Positions 19,795-34,509 are shown, counted from the stretch's first letter. The stretch is 64,000 nucleotides of DNA from Tubulanus polymorphus (GCF_964204645.1 NC_134029.1:10876850-10940849); one strand, 5' to 3'. Notes: generated from the sequence alone by a model not told the origin. Translations and numbers: made by a program.

Positions 19795-21724
19795 ATCGTT
19801 GTCCAATTCTTCATTATCATCGACGATTCCACATAACAAGACAGTTTCGTTTAAAACGCTTTCGTCCTCTGATTGTGGTATGCCGATTATCTGTGAACCT
19901 GTAAGAAAAAAGAACATGCATTGCTTGTGGTTAAAGGTGATGATTTTAGATATTGTGAACGGTCAAAACATATGGTATGAGCTCTGGTAAGAGGTAAGGA
20001 TTGTATCACTGTTATATCTTATCAATAAGATAATCAAAGAAACAATCCATAGGTAACAACGGTTCTTAAGTCTGGCTGAAACATTGAGCTCCCATTGCAT
20101 TTAGGGTATGTAGTTTATAGGGCCAATAGCAATATTTTTTGGCAATGGTTTTGAATTGTGATGCCATTCCTCAGTTATGTGGTCACCTTTAGGCAGGCAT
20201 ATCACCGAAGAGGTTATCGAGCGTAGTTCTGCCACTAGGTGGTGAGCCGGGTCTAAACTTAGAACTGCTCAACTAGACCCCTATACTTACATTGTACCCA
20301 AGGTTACTAAGATCGACCCACTAGTAATGAAGTGAAGTAGCTGAAAGACATACACGGACTACAAGAATGAGGCTCTTATCGAAGCGCGAGAATCAATAAT
20401 GAGTACAGGCTAGCTGGGCAATAATCTTACCTTGAGTTAACAGATGAGTTTCCGGATGCAGATGAATTAGGTCGAGTAGTTCACTCTCGTTGATTACTTC
20501 ATTTGTGGTCAAGATTGAATACAAAACTGCTTTCTTTATTTGGAATGTCTTTATTTCTTTCATTCAACAGTGCGAGAACTTTGTACTCATCATCTGTTTC
20601 CGATTCCAATCCACATAATTTCATGGCAATGGTTGAAATGGCCAAAGGAAGAATCTAAAAGACAAAATAGTACATATATTTCAACGGACATTTTACCCTC
20701 GACAAAAGTGGTCCTATTTTCCCCAAGTCCTGGGAAATCCTTTGAGGAATTGAGAAAAGAAATAGATTATTCTTTCTCTAAATACGTTATAGTGTTCTTA
20801 GTTTTTTGTATATCAATGTGACAATCTGTTTTGATAATAAAATGTGTGGCTAACGATGAAGTGTACGCCTAGAGCTACCTTCCCTACAAAGTATAGTGTT
20901 ATCGCCAGGCAGTCCCACTACCTTATTTTCCCTAATGGTGTATAGTCCACACACGTTATCCAATGAAAATGTGTATAGGCAGGGTTCTCTGTGTGAGTGA
21001 TGTTTCAAAGAATGAAAGAAGTTTACATGGCAGGCACTATACACCGGGGTAGTTTTAATATATCACATGACAAGATTATTATCATATTTGAAGTAAATCT
21101 ATAAAATGTAAGTAGGATTAAATGTGATACTTACCGTTAAGGTATTCTTCTGTGTGGTCGTTTGTTTTCAAAAATCATGGTCATATTTACTTCCAGGCTG
21201 GTGCGGTACAGACGGATTTTGCCGATTTTTTCGGATTAATTACACGATTTAACAATCTCGAGGCACTCAAATCTTTCTCAAACCACCCAGTCTAACGCAG
21301 AAATTCGTTATCTTTCAGAATAATCTTACTTGAAGCGGATTGGATTACCAATAACGAAGTTACAAACTGTTGAAGTGACATACCTATCGACCGATCTGGC
21401 GGAGAGTTTTTTTATATATAGTACCTAGGATACTGGGGTCAAAAATTTTTTTTGTCAGGTCCCTGTGGCTAGTGCAAAGTGCAATTTGTCGTCTACCATT
21501 TTTAGCCATTATTTTGCCTTTTACCATAGTGTATGGTTTAATAGATTTCAAAATAGAGCCAATCGGAATCCTCTGGAATGAAATAACAATAGTTAAGTCT
21601 TTAACAGTATTAGAGCACATATATAACAAGAGCTAATTAGTAAATTTGACGATAAATCATAATCATAAACGAGAATGAGAGAGTAGTAAGAACTGTGGAA
21701 AATCAACAGTGGGTAATATAGGAG

Positions 21725-24700
21725 TTAGATGCTGTCATTCAAGGCAATGTATACTAAGCTATGATCCGACCAATATGTATCAATGATTCCAGTTGTATTG
21801 ATACCCATAGTATCTATATTGGTAGAAATCAAATCTAGCTTACTATGCAGAATTGTTGTTGGCAATTTGATGAGTTGACGACAGTGGAATTGATCAAACT
21901 TAAACCTCTCTAGTGGCTGATTATACGCGGAAGAATTTTGAATTATTGATTTCATGTTACAATCTCCCAATGTAATAATTATGGATGCTAAATCCAAGCA
22001 TGTTAAGGTTTTTAGAGATTCTAGAAGTGTGTTGAATGAACATGTTGGAGAAACATACATAAAGACAATTTGCAAAGGCTGGTGATTGTGTGCTATGCAT
22101 AGATATGTGTATTCCAACAGGCGAGAACTAAACGATTTGGTCTCAAGCAGATGTAAAGAATTCCTGAAGTATGTGATCAGTTCATGTGCAGGAGTACTCT
22201 TGCAATCATTTCTCAAAGTGGTAAAATTCGCAAGATCATAGTCTGAAGAAATATTGTGAGATGTCAATCTAGATTCTGAAAATGCTAGTACATCAGCAGC
22301 ACAAATATTTGGGTTCTGATTAATGTCACAGAAATGTTTTTTGTAAGACCTGGCATTGTGATAGAGTCTTTCAAAGAAGTTGCTGGTAGGCTGTATATTG
22401 GTTTGTAACACAAACTTACTGAAGAATTCAGTCGTAAATAATTCAGGTGGTCAGTCACATCTTTAGCAGTAGTTATCTTGTCTTCATTCAGGTTCACAAC
22501 GTATAAGTTATCAAGATTTTTAACACGACTGAAGGCAACATAATGCGAGTGAGTTAGTACAGATTTAGGAGTACGAGGGTGTGCAAGCATATTGACAACA
22601 ATTGAGTTATAAGTTCCTCTCTGTGATTTGTGAATTGTGCGCCCAGAAGCAGGCAATAATGGAAATTGTAATCTTTGTAATGTAGACTGTCTTGGTGTCC
22701 AAGTATTAGGTATATCAGGCGTAAAGAAGCATCTGTATTTCTGTCTTTGAAGTCTGCCGATAGCACCATTATTACACACAGCATTGTTATATACAGCAGG
22801 GATTCAGGATTTCAGTAGGCAGGCCTGCAGAATCGGAGTATGTTTCGCATTTACTTACAGTTTGACAAACCTTTTCTTTTACTGACTGAGATACACCACT
22901 AAGTACAACATCGATACATCTTATGACTGCTTTTTAAGTTTTGACTAGGTTGAATACTGTGTCATTATGGGATGAAGCGCTAGCTTTCAAAGGAAAGAAA
23001 TGTGGAACAGATAAGGGGTAATTATCATATGTAACAAATATTTCTTTAGATTTCAAAGTCAATATATCGGACTTAGTAAATGTATTTGTTCTAATACGAT
23101 TCAGCAATAGAGCAAAAGACAAATCCTCCTGTTGACGCATAATTTGGTCTAATTCAAAGATTTTGAAGTTATCAATCCAAATATTACAGGCAAGTGGTCC
23201 ATACTGATCAGGAATACTGGTAAATATGTAACTGTCCATGACTGGTTTTAGTTGATAGAAGTCGCCAATGCATAGAACATGTAGACCACCAAACAGTTTC
23301 TTGTTTGACATTATTTCTTGAAGACCCATATTTATGATATTAAGCATACCGGAACCAACCATACAAATCTCATCAATAATGACTAGTTTTAAGTCAGGTA
23401 TTTTGACCTAATAGAGTTTAGTTCACTAGGTGACATTTTTCTGTACTCATAACCGCTGCTTGGTAGAATTTTGAGACCTGAATGAATGTTGGTTCCATGA
23501 ATCTAAAAAGCAGTCATGCCTGTAGGAGCAAGTAGTAATATCTTACAATCATCTGGCTTTTCACCTGGTGCAGAAGATAAAGACCTAACTAAGTATTGAT
23601 ACAAAGCTTTAATAACTTAAGACTTTCCAGTACCTGCAGAACCTGTACAAAATATATGCAGAGTGTCAAGTTCTCTACTGATAGTTTGTATTATGTGTGT
23701 AAATATTTCATTTTGTTTTAAATTGAGAGATATGGTGGTAATCTATTAGGCAGTAGAGAAATGGCAACATCAGACTTATGAACAGGTAAATGTAAGTCAT
23801 GTGATAAGTCATAGTAACGCTGGTTATCTGGACGATCAGGGTCAAAAAAGAGACTCTCTTTATCTATATCATTTTGGGAGATTTCTGGTAAGTCAACATT
23901 ATCATTCTCGATTTGTTGTTGCATTGCTTCAACATGTCAATAAGATCGTCATTGTGTGACTCATATTTTTCAATTACTGGTTTAATCATTGGAAGGTACT
24001 CTTTTAATCTAACTTGGTAAGAAATATGATCTGCAATCATTTCTTCTTTTTTCCTTGATATATATAAGAGCAAGCGTTCACGATAATAGTTTTCTGGATC
24101 AGAAGATTAGTTATAATTTAGAAATCGTATAACACGTGGGTTTTTTCTTAAGTAAAAAGATCTCGGAAAATGAGTAGTGTAGTCATCAGTGATAGAAGGA
24201 TCATCATCATGATTATCATCAAAATAAGAATCCTTTCTATTGAATTTTTTCACTTTCACCAGGGAGCGTAATCAGCTAAACAGTAATCTTCTAAAACACT
24301 TAGTCTGGTAGAGTACTGATGTATTATTCCATCTTGTTGAATATGGGTAGAAGTCTCACGCAAATTCTTTAAGTCAACAAGGCCTTTGAGCAAAAATGTC
24401 CGTTCATTAGGTGGTGATTTGTTGATGAAAATAACTTCACGAGAAGAACGGGTAATAGGCAGTTGAAGAGTTCAATAGACATCCTCTTGTGCACCGATTT
24501 CTGCGGCGTTAAGGTATTTGTTACCAATATGTTTGACAGAACTTTTCAAATCCATATTTCCATTTTTGGCTTCATTGCATGCAGATTCTAGCATGGAAGA
24601 CATTCCTTTCTGACCTTTACATTTATAATTAGCTATGTACACTGCCAATGCGTAAGCATCAACAACATACTGGATGTCATGATTGGCTTGCCAAATACCT

Positions 24701-26450
24701 GGAAGGTTTTTCATATATGGATTGATCCTAATTTCATCAGGATTTCGTTTAAGGAAAACTTTAGTGTTTGTTAGAGATGATCGGATCGTTCTTATGTACT
24801 TTTCTTCGGAGAGACTTAAATGACTATCGAGGAAATTCAGTAAACTTGATATTGAAATCAGTCTGTCAATTTAGAATATTCTGTACAGTTTTACACTGGT
24901 TGTTAAGTAAAACACGTTCAGCATCAGTTGTCTCTTCATCCAGTGGGGTGAGAATTCTAGTTCGTGACATTGGAGGCTGTGGGAATCCAAAGCGACAGAT
25001 TTTCTGTTTTCTTTTCTTTTTGCAGGTTTTAGAGTGTTTATGAATTTGATAAGAAAGAAACTGTTCGTCAACAGTCGAGACATTGGAAAACACAGATATT
25101 ATACTATCAATGAAGTCACATATTTCTTGTTCAGAATGTTCTCCATATATCAGAGGATTGGCTAACCAAACTGTCATATGTATGTGTGGACTGCCTCGTT
25201 GTTGAAATTCAACTCGATACAATGAATCTGTAATGTTTCCGATTGGATAACTAGGATTTTTTAATACATGTTTGATGAATTGTTGAACTCTGTGTTCAAA
25301 AAATCTTGCACAAGTAACTGGGTCACTACTAACCAATCGAGTGATAGTTTTCCAGTCTAAGTTATAAATATCTTCATCAGTATAATTTTTGCCATCAACT
25401 AATTGACCTAGACACCTAAGTAGGGGACACCATTTTGTATCAGCAGCTGATTGACTAATGAAGAGAGATGGAAAGCCTAGTTGTCGAATCATTGCGAAGA
25501 GCTCTTTTTTTCTTTACTCCAGATATGGTGGTCAGTTTCTTATTCATTTAAATATATAATAGCCTTCATCAAGTTTTACTATAGATTGTCGAATATTCTC
25601 ATAGAGGATTTCACCAGCCGTGTAAGTTTTACCCTTAGTCTTACATCTACGTATCGAGAGAGAAACGCGATCAATCACTTGCTTGAGATGAAGTTTTTTA
25701 AATTTGAAAAAAATGTTAGGAATGTTGGATGCCACTCTCCTATCAACAGATCTCAATTCATATTTGCAGATATCACTATAATGAACTGGTCGATGTCTGT
25801 CTTTATTTTCTGGTCTGGTCTGGCCACAAAAGATTGTTGGCCAAGAAAGGTATTCAGCATTTACATCTTGATATAGACTAATAGGTAGATGACCTTTACC
25901 AGGTGCATATTTGTAAACATAGGGGTCAACTTCATCTAATAATGTATCCATATTAGCAGGCTTCTCATATATGTCGTCTTCATGGAAGATTCAGAATCAG
26001 ATGGTACATATTCTTTTGTGCTATCAGAACTAATGTTATGAAAATTGTTCTGTATGTTATCATCTTTCAGATAGGGCTGGATATCAGGATTTGTTGATAA
26101 CAAATTAGCGTCAAATTTTGCTCCGCTCTCTTTGTACAAAAATGAATGATGGATAAGCCATTGTAATGCCTGAATGACTTTAAGGGGTCTGACATTTTCT
26201 GAGAATTCGATGCTGTTATATGATAATTTTCGTTTCAATCGGACTGACACAGTCTGTGTATCTCTCATTTTTCAAGGTAATGCACTAACAGTTGTATTGA
26301 CATCAACAGGGACATTGACAACGTTGCCTCTGATAAGTCTTTGTTGTGCCACAGGTAACTGCCGTATTTGCATGAACGGAATTCTGAGGGCTATCAACCT
26401 TTCTTCAAGCTGAGTCAAATACAATTCTTGAGGTTTCTCTAGAAACCCAT
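21725..26450 (-). mobile_element. Decayed Helentron/Helitron2: HUH Rep, PIF1 helicase and AP-endonuclease, many frameshifts and stops
   Basis: Rep DPVTCARFF, YRVEFQQRGSPHIH; helicase GSAGTGKS, GDFYQL, QIMRQ, QFPL..TIHKSQ, YVAFSRV; EEP domain SESRL, GDCN, YWSDH (21725..22411); ends not resolved. Confidence 0.9.
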
Positions 26451-28490
26451 TCCGTTTTTAATGGAGTACCTAAAATTTTCAGGTTAATCAGCTGGAGTAA
26501 TTAAGCATCATGTGTAAATAAGTGTAACTTACCTTTCAAGTGAATATTCAAATGGTTGTTACTTGTGGTTTACTTAGTTTACGGAAATTTATTGTGTGGT
26601 TTAAGTGAACCTTGTCTTTTGCGTGGATAATTAAAACAGGTTATTTACCGATTGATTTCAGGATAGTTTGATGGAGTGTTTTCTTAATGAACTTCACAAT
26701 AAATGAAGCTAATACTAGCATTAACTAGTAGTTTTTGATAGAACCGTAATGACGATTGAATTGATCATAAATCGATTTTTATCTAACCTTGTTGGTCTTT
26801 GGAGACAAGCTGAAAAAAAGAAAAGAAAAGGTTTAATACTATTATTTGATGAAGACAGAAATAATCAATGAACAATTGTGTGTCAAAATGGCAGCGTGAC
26901 TAAAGCAAGTTCTTTGGTTAGTTGTTCAAACCCTTAAAAAGTTTGTCCATAATTATCAAATGAAATGCAAATTTAAATTTTCCAAATGCATCGGCTCAAT
27001 TTCACTCAGTGACATCACAGTGCACTAATTCTGATAAATTAATTTGTATAGAAGTAAATTCTATGACTGCTTAATTCTACCAATGACCAAATGACCTAAT
27101 CTAAGCCTACGACTCTACAAGATCCGCCTACGAAATTAAATGCATTAACTGCCAGTAAAAAGCGCTTTATCACATCTGAACTGGTCCTGACTAAAATACT
27201 TATATTGAACTCTGTTTGGACAGTTGCCAAAAAATGTCGCAATCGCACATCAGCTGTGCTGCACATTCATCATTGTCTAGTTAATATAATGACTATAATC
27301 ACAGACACAATTCTATTAATGTCAAAGAAGGGTTATCGTTATTGATTAATTCAGATAGGCCAACGGAGAACTGTCTATGAATTTACGACTGGCAATCCAC
27401 CGGTCGGGTGGCAAGGTGAAAGCCGCACGCCATTTTTATTTCCTCATGTTTTGTTCGTGAAAATAATATTAGGCCCATAAAATCCACGCCAAAACTGAAG
27501 TTTATATCCACACCAATGCGGGGAACATGTCTTGCGACAGAAATATGGAACCACTCTTGGCCAATGTCAATCATATTTATAGAATATCTTACCTTTAGTC
27601 AACGGGAAAATTCGCCTTCAACGTCAACGACAACAGAGGTAAAGATAGCGCGCAGTAGTGGTTACAGCAGTTTCATGTTCTTCACCAAGCAGCAAATTCA
27701 ATTCTATTAAATTCATTACGTGAGGAAAGTTCTTTTTAAATATTTTGAAACTCGAAACTATTAGCCTAATAAATACAAAATATCGATTAAAATCTACGAA
27801 ATAGCATGCAACTTTGAATTACAACAAAATTACAATTTTTAATATGAAAATTTCGATTCCCGAGTATACTTACCTGCCAAACATATTAGCCAGTAACCTT
27901 AGCTTGCTGGTATAACCGCCCGAAATTCAACCTGGCCTACTACCACCAGACGTTGGCGCCACCGGAAGTACGCTCAAATAATTCTTGGGTAACATAACCC
28001 AGTGAGCGGGGAGGCGGGAGGGACTAAAACGTATGTTTCGCAGGTAAGTATACTCGGGAATACAAATTTTCATACTAAAAATTGTAATATTCATATACAT
28101 TCCCTGCAAAACATACTAGCCAGAGTCCCACAGACTAGGAGGAGCGACGGCCAAGTTGAAAACAAATACCCCCAAAAACGAACACAGACCCCAAAAATAA
28201 GGAGAACTTTGCTCACCTTCAGAGCTGTAAGACAGCGACCCAAACGAATGAAATCCGATCCCTGCCAACATCGCATACCCAAGAAAAACAAAAATTACTT
28301 GGTAATTACAATACATGTCCAATTTCATCAACCCGTGAGATCCAGACAGTAAATAATTGCGAACTAAAGCACAAGATTCCCTGAATTCCAGGTAAATCCT
28401 ACAAGTGAAAAAAAAAACACTAATCCCCTGGATGCGGTAAAAAGGGTCAGCAGGAATACGAAAGTCAACCGGCTTAGGGGACCCCGGCTC

Positions 28491-28800
28491 GGATTCGAAC
28501 CTGATGGCATCGAGATTGCCACGGCACGAAACCTTGCCATAATCGACCGTGTGCGCAGATACATGCGCAGTTCAGATGATGTGATTTTTAGCCAATCAGA
28601 AATCCCGTTTTATTTTAGCGCGGGCTTTCCCATTTATAGTTCTTCCTTGAAATTTGCCGCAACGATTATACAACGAGCAATCTGATTGGTGCCGCCAGTT
28701 TTCGTTCGGAAAGCTGCGCATGTACCTGCGCACCCGGTCTACTGATGCAGGGGTTCGTGCCGTGGCTGAGTGTAGCGATGCCATCAGGTTCGAGTCCCTG
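28491..28800. mobile_element. ~310-bp foldback MITE within the DIRS element
   Basis: TTCGAACCTGATGGCATCG..TGCGCAG mirrored by CTGCGCA..CGATGCCATCAGGTTCGAG. Confidence 0.65.
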
Positions 28801-28814
28801 CAGAGGGAGGATGC

Positions 28815-29530
28815 CTAACTGAGACCTAAGGCAGCGCACGAGGTCTTCCAAAACCTCTGCAGCGGGCGACTGTGAAGCCTGCCCAATGGAAATACGGCTG
28901 ACATGTAGCTGATTTGACCCAACACCCTGCTCCGATACCGAGCAGAGTGGGGAACTCCCTGTAACAGAGGACGAAGAGCCTGGCACAGCTTCAGTATTCT
29001 GGCTGCGGCGGGGCGAACCCGTCCCTGGTGCAAATCGAAGTCCATATCGAGGTACGTGAATTCCTGAAACGGAGAGAGCCGGGACTTCTCTGTGTTGACT
29101 TTGAAACCAAGGTCTTGTATCATGCCGAGGGTCAGTTCGACCACGCGGCGACACTCCTCGCCAGAGGCCCCTACTATCAGCCAATCGTCCAGGTAGATGT
29201 AAAGCCTTACCCCTCGAGATTGCAACTTCTTTTGAACGGCCCTGACTAGTTTGGTGAAGACCCAGGGTGCCGAGTTGAGCCCGAAGGGCAGAGAACGGAA
29301 ATGATACACTTGCCCCTTCCACTTCCTGGAAATAAGCATCTTTTAGATGTATGGATGCTGCCCATTGACCCGGGCGTAGCCCTTGAATGATCTAATTTGG
29401 TGTAGTCATTTTGAACCTTTGACAATCGAGTGCAGCATCGACAGATGTATGACCGTTCTGAGACCTCCGGACGCCTTGGGAACTTAAATATTCTCGAGTA
29501 CCAGCCCGGAGACCCTGGATCCTCGACCAA
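28815..29530 (-). pseudogene. DIRS-type reverse transcriptase fragment
   Basis: PGWYSRIF, LPFGLNSAPWVFTK, YIYLDDWLI, GFKVNTEKSRLSP; frameshifted. Confidence 0.88.
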
Positions 29531-30891
29531 TTCCAGTGCCCTTTTGTCTCAGAGCTCTTCAATGGCTGGATCTATGTGCAGCTCCTGGCCCGGTTTGGGC
29601 TTCATGTCCTCCGGGGTCCTGGTCAAGGGGGCCTCTCTCTGGACGACATACGTTAACCGGCCGAGACAACCCGAGTCGTCGGCCAGGTATCGCCAAAAAC
29701 GGCGGACCAGCGGGAAGCGCAGGTTTGTAAAAAGGCCCCCACTGGTCCCTGGCCTTCAAAGCTTGTCCTTTTTTGCGAACTTCCGAAACCCCTGTCCTTT
29801 CTTGGAGCCTTTTCCCTTCCCCTTGAAGGATATATTCCGGGCCTCGGGCTTGCCCAACTGCTATCTAGGGGCTGAACCCCAACCAGACTTTTGTTGCAGC
29901 TTGGAGGACAAATCAACACCGGAGTTTTCCTGGCCACCCGACTTCTTCGGAATACGCCACACTCTGAGTTTCCCTGACACCGACCGGAATACAAGCGAGA
30001 CGAATCGCCGAGCGGGGCCCTGTATAAGGCCTTCTTCACTGGCTCCGGAAGTTAAGCATCTTTAAGCGACGACTGATGCGCCACCAGAGCCAAATAAGCT
30101 TGCACCCTTATTGCTAAGGGTACCTGATGGCACAAGGACTTTGCCATAGACTGTAACAACCTATCCAAGACCTCAACCTTGTCGACTATCTTGTTGGGGT
30201 CAGGGTTATCTCGAGCAAGAACCTCCTTGACCGCCGACAATTCACCATGCATGGCTAATAAAGCTGCGTCCTGGAAGCTATTTATCATACACAAGCTCTC
30301 TGACAAAGTCTGGTGAGCCTGAAGGGCCTGCTTAGGCATGGAGAGCGATTATGGTAAAACGGACTGGCTTCCTATCGAGCTGGTTTCCGCGTCCAACGAC
30401 GTGTGCTGTTTGAAGGAGAACCCCGGGTTTGTATAGAACCCGGTTCTGAACCTTCTTATCTTCGGGTCTACCGCCGTGAAGAACCTATTAACCTTCGACT
30501 CTGACTCCAGGGGGCCAAGTCCACTTCTGAGAGGTTCTATTTGAACTCCCTTTAAATTCCTCGTGGTAGCTTGCATGAGGGGCGAGGACCACCTCTTCTT
30601 GACCCTCCTGAGCCTCAAAGATCTTACTGGCCGCCGCCTGGTGTTGAGTAGGCTTAGGCCTCTGAGACGTGCCCCCATAGTTGACCAGGACCTCCTGAAT
30701 CAACTGGTTCCACGATAAGTCGGGACCCTGATCCCCCCTGTGGAGGGAGATGGAGAACCGACATAAGGGCATTGCCACGGGTAACCGCACTGCTGAAGTG
30801 CCTTCGGGGTTCGTACCCTGTACGAGCTGACTAGTGGGGTTGGAGAGTGAACCCAACTGGGGCCCCTGCTCCTCATCAAAATCGGAGCCTG

Positions 30892-31228
30892 CTGGTAAAT
30901 ATGTTCTGAATTTATATTATATCATCTTCATATTCTAATTTCAATTTTATTCTCTAAATGTGTTTTAGTTTTATTATGTCTTGATTTTTGGGATTTATCT
31001 ATATCAATTTTACATGTTGAACAGTAGTACTTATTTGCTTCCATTTTAATATCCAATTTTTTATTAAAATTAATTTTAGAAGTTATTAGATTAATATTTT
31101 AAGAGTAATAGGAAATATGGGGGTTCAGATTAAAGGTTGAGAGGGCGAATTCATAAAAATAAAAAATTTTCATTTTTATGAACTCGACCTCTTGACCTTT
31201 GATCTGAACCCCCATATTCCCTATTACT
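30892..31228 (-). mobile_element. Left-end fragment of a third Polinton (element C): 125-bp terminal hairpin, polB 5' end, deletion to the SSB-like gene
   Basis: 31104-31228 AGTAATAGG..CCTATTACT palindrome; ATG at 31044 gives MEANKYYCSTCKIDIDKSQK; joined to TATAAATTCAGAACATATTTACCAG (= A 5547-5571). Confidence 0.85.
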
Positions 31229-31588
31229 GTGGTTATTTCATTTAAACATATTGATAAAAATAGTTCATTAGGAGAACATAGAAGACATAACTTAGCATTA
31301 GAGAAATACAATAAAGCTGCAGAAGAATATAGAGAAAAGAGGCAAAACTATATGGATTACATCAATAAAGAATTATATAATCAGAAAATTACACATAGAG
31401 ATTTTCAATCAGTCGATGAAGCTATGAGTTTATATAACGCAGTAACAAATCGTGAAAAATTACATCTATATAAACCTAAATTATCAGATTATTATACAAC
31501 AAGTAGTGAACAGAAGAAATATGAAATAATTTGGATTTTAGGTGGAACAGTTATTGTATTATTTGTTGCTTATAAATTTACTAATTAG
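31229..31588 (+). pseudogene. 5'-truncated copy of the 140-aa membrane gene
   Basis: Near-identical to A from ~7131; 5' end replaced by the terminus of element C. Confidence 0.85.
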
Positions 31589-32054
31589 TAATTTCTTTTC
31601 TAAATAAATGGTTTATAAAGTTGATAATATTGATATTATTCCTCATGATATAAATAAAACTAAATTAAAATCATATTTGGAAAAAACAAATATTAGAATT
31701 TGAAAATGATTTAAAAGTTAAAAAGAAAAAATATTTAAAAAGTAAAATTATATACAATTTTATTATTAGTTGTTCAGATACAATTAGTTCTGTAATAACA
31801 TTTCTAGCATTATTCTCACCATTAACACCTTTAGCTATCTCAATTGGAGCTTTAGGTTTAAATTCAAGTGTATTAACCGGCATAAGTTTAAAATTGAATA
31901 TAAAAAGTTATAAAGAAAAAATAAAATCTAATATAAAAGAAATTGTGGTTAAAAAATAAACATTAGATTATATAATAAGTTTAAATGGTAATATAACAGT
32001 TGAAGAACAAGTTATTAAAAGAATTAGTAAATTATTAATTTTTTTATTAAATTG

Positions 32055-34509
32055 ATGGTAGATAGTTTTCCAAAAGCTTTCCAATATAATAAATCAATTA
32101 AATATAATATTCCAGCAATAGATTTTAATAAAGATATTTCATATAGAAATGAAGTTTTAAATTCATTAATTAATTTAGATATTTATGTTACTGAAACTAA
32201 TAATTTTAATGCAAAGATGGAAAATATATTTCATGTATATTTAATTAATTTAAAAAAAATGAAAGATGAAAAACAATGGTTATTAAAATCTAGTGTGAAG
32301 TAGTGGCAGAACCAATTAAATTTTGCCGTTTATTGTGCTACAACAGGATGTGGAATAAGATGGAATGATCATTTGAATAATTCTAAATATAAATTAATTC
32401 AAAGTTTATTTAGATTTCATACTTATTTTCAAATAAGATTAATATTAAATGAATTAGAGACCCCTTTACCAGGATCTAGATATTTTAAAGAATTAGATAA
32501 TAATATTAACTTATCATAGTTTTATAAAATTTGTAATGAATTTAATATAGATATAAATCATTCTGATTTTAGAACAGAAATTGGAACAATAAGATCATTT
32601 CCTTGCCCTGAAAATGTTGCAGCATATTGTACACTTCCCATACCATCTAATAGTTTTTATAATATCTATAATAATAAATCCCTTTAGGGCCATATGTTGT
32701 AATATTACAACAAGATTTTGGACCCGTGGGCAGGTACCCGAAAGTTCATTGATTTCACTTATTTTGATCTTAAATTACCATTAACAGCCCGTTGTTGTAA
32801 TATTACAACCATAAAGTGGCGCTATCTAGCGGTTAGACTGACAACTACAACCAGGAAGTAAGCATTGATCAGAAAATTGATCAGAAAATTTTTTGCATCA
32901 AAATATCGTCAAAATTTATTTGGATACAGGTATGCATCACTGTTTTTTTACCGTTTTCTATCATTACAAATATATAAAGAATATTTAGGAGCTAATTAGA
33001 GTTTCTGATCACTCACTGGCCCATCGTCAGGCAGGGCCAATTTTTGGTGTTGCAATATTGCAACATCGGGCCTTTCAAACAATTCAAATTCATCTCAAAT
33101 AAATTTTGGTAGTTAGATTAATTATATCTACCTGGCATAACTGACATTTTAGAGCCTTACACACTTACTAGGGGTGATATTCCATTTCTGAAATAACCAT
33201 AGGCCCCACATATTGACATCTCGTGTCAAAATAATTGTAAAATGGCGGTCATTTTTGGTTTGTGTCCATCATTTCCCTCAGTATTGGTAATGCAGTGTTT
33301 CACTCATTGTAGATAAAATGGATAGAGGTAAAACAAGGTATAAAAACGTCAGTGATGTCTTAGATGCTCTAGAGGATGGCAATAACGAGGAAGGCGATGA
33401 CGCGGGTGACATCGACAGTGTTCTAAATGTGTGTTATATATTTTCTAGTGATAATAAATCATGAATTTTGCATTTATATACTGTTTTATGTTTGATTTGT
33501 GAGGCTTTAGTCATTCAGAAGTCATTCAGAAGATTTTGGAAAATTCAAGTCATTTCATTTTGTGACCCTTAATGCCCATTGTTGTAAAATTACAACATTG
33601 CTAAAAATGTGGGCCAAATTTCTTTTTGTTGATTTTTTGCACATATTTATGTTTATTGGTCTCATTGCTATTGATTTCACACTTCAAATATTTTTTTACA
33701 AGCCTAGGTCTATGTTTGGGCTCTAGAGGGTTAAATTAGGTTATGGTAAAATAGAAACTAAGGATTTAGAAACATTAAATTTCAATCAATTACCGAAATT
33801 CTATGATAATTTAAAACAAGAAAACAATAATGTTTGGGTTTATTTTATTTTAGAAAATAGTGAAGGTTTTACTAAATCGGGTATACAAAGAATAAATCAA
33901 TCAATTAGAACTTATTTGATATGTATTCTAGGTGCTCAAGTTGAAACAAGATCCCCGATAATTGGAAATTTAAATACATCATTTGATACACAAAAACAAT
34001 TTAAAGTTTTATTTGAAGATTCTATTCATAATGATAAAAATAGATCGATTCCAGAAAACAAAGTTATGTACCAAAATTATTTAGATAAATCTCATGTAAG
34101 ACTAAATTATTGTATAGGTCCTAATTTATTAATTATTTCTGATGATTTAATATTAAAAATGGGAAATATAATTGGTTATATTAATTTGATTAAAACTGCA
34201 ACAATAAATAATAAGTTTGGATTAAATGATATAAATAAAAAGATTATTACTGCTCCAAAATTAATGGAAGGTGAAAAAATTAAAAAACATATTCAATCAA
34301 CAGAAACTAAAACTAAGAATATTAAATTGAATAATGATTCTAAAATAAAAGATTACAATACATCAGAAAATATAAAAACTGATATTATCCAACATGATAT
34401 AATTAAAACTAATAATGATAATAAATCCCATGAAAATACTAAATTAGCTATAACTTGTATAGGAATTGTAATAGATGGAATATATATTTTAAATTTTTTT
34501 ATTATATAA
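32055..34509 (+). pseudogene. Disrupted homologue of the 433-aa gene
   Basis: FPKAFQYNKSIK..WQNQLNFAVYCATTGCG..LGAQVETRSPII; internal stops and a 1.05-kb insertion. Confidence 0.85.
32680..33730 (+). mobile_element. Non-autonomous piggyBac-like element
   Basis: CCCTTTAGGGCC..GGGCTCTAGAGGG|TTAA ends (left TTAA degenerate); four GTTGTAATATTACAAC-type palindromes; possible transposase start remnant MDRGKTRYKNVSDVLDALEDG at ~33318. Confidence 0.7.

Larger units (their letters stand above)
27843..30891 (-). mobile_element. Decayed DIRS-like retrotransposon (gag-like fragments, RT, 3' ITR/ICR-type repeats; no tyrosine recombinase visible)
   Basis: GC-rich island; RT motifs; inverted repeat 27843-27884 vs 28032-28074 plus a partial third copy at ~28100-28123. 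Confidence 0.75.

Noticed and set aside
29430-30065. 211-aa plus-strand ORF and other overlapping ORFs at 28-31 kb
   Set aside because: Antisense or alternative frames of GC-rich DIRS sequence with no motifs
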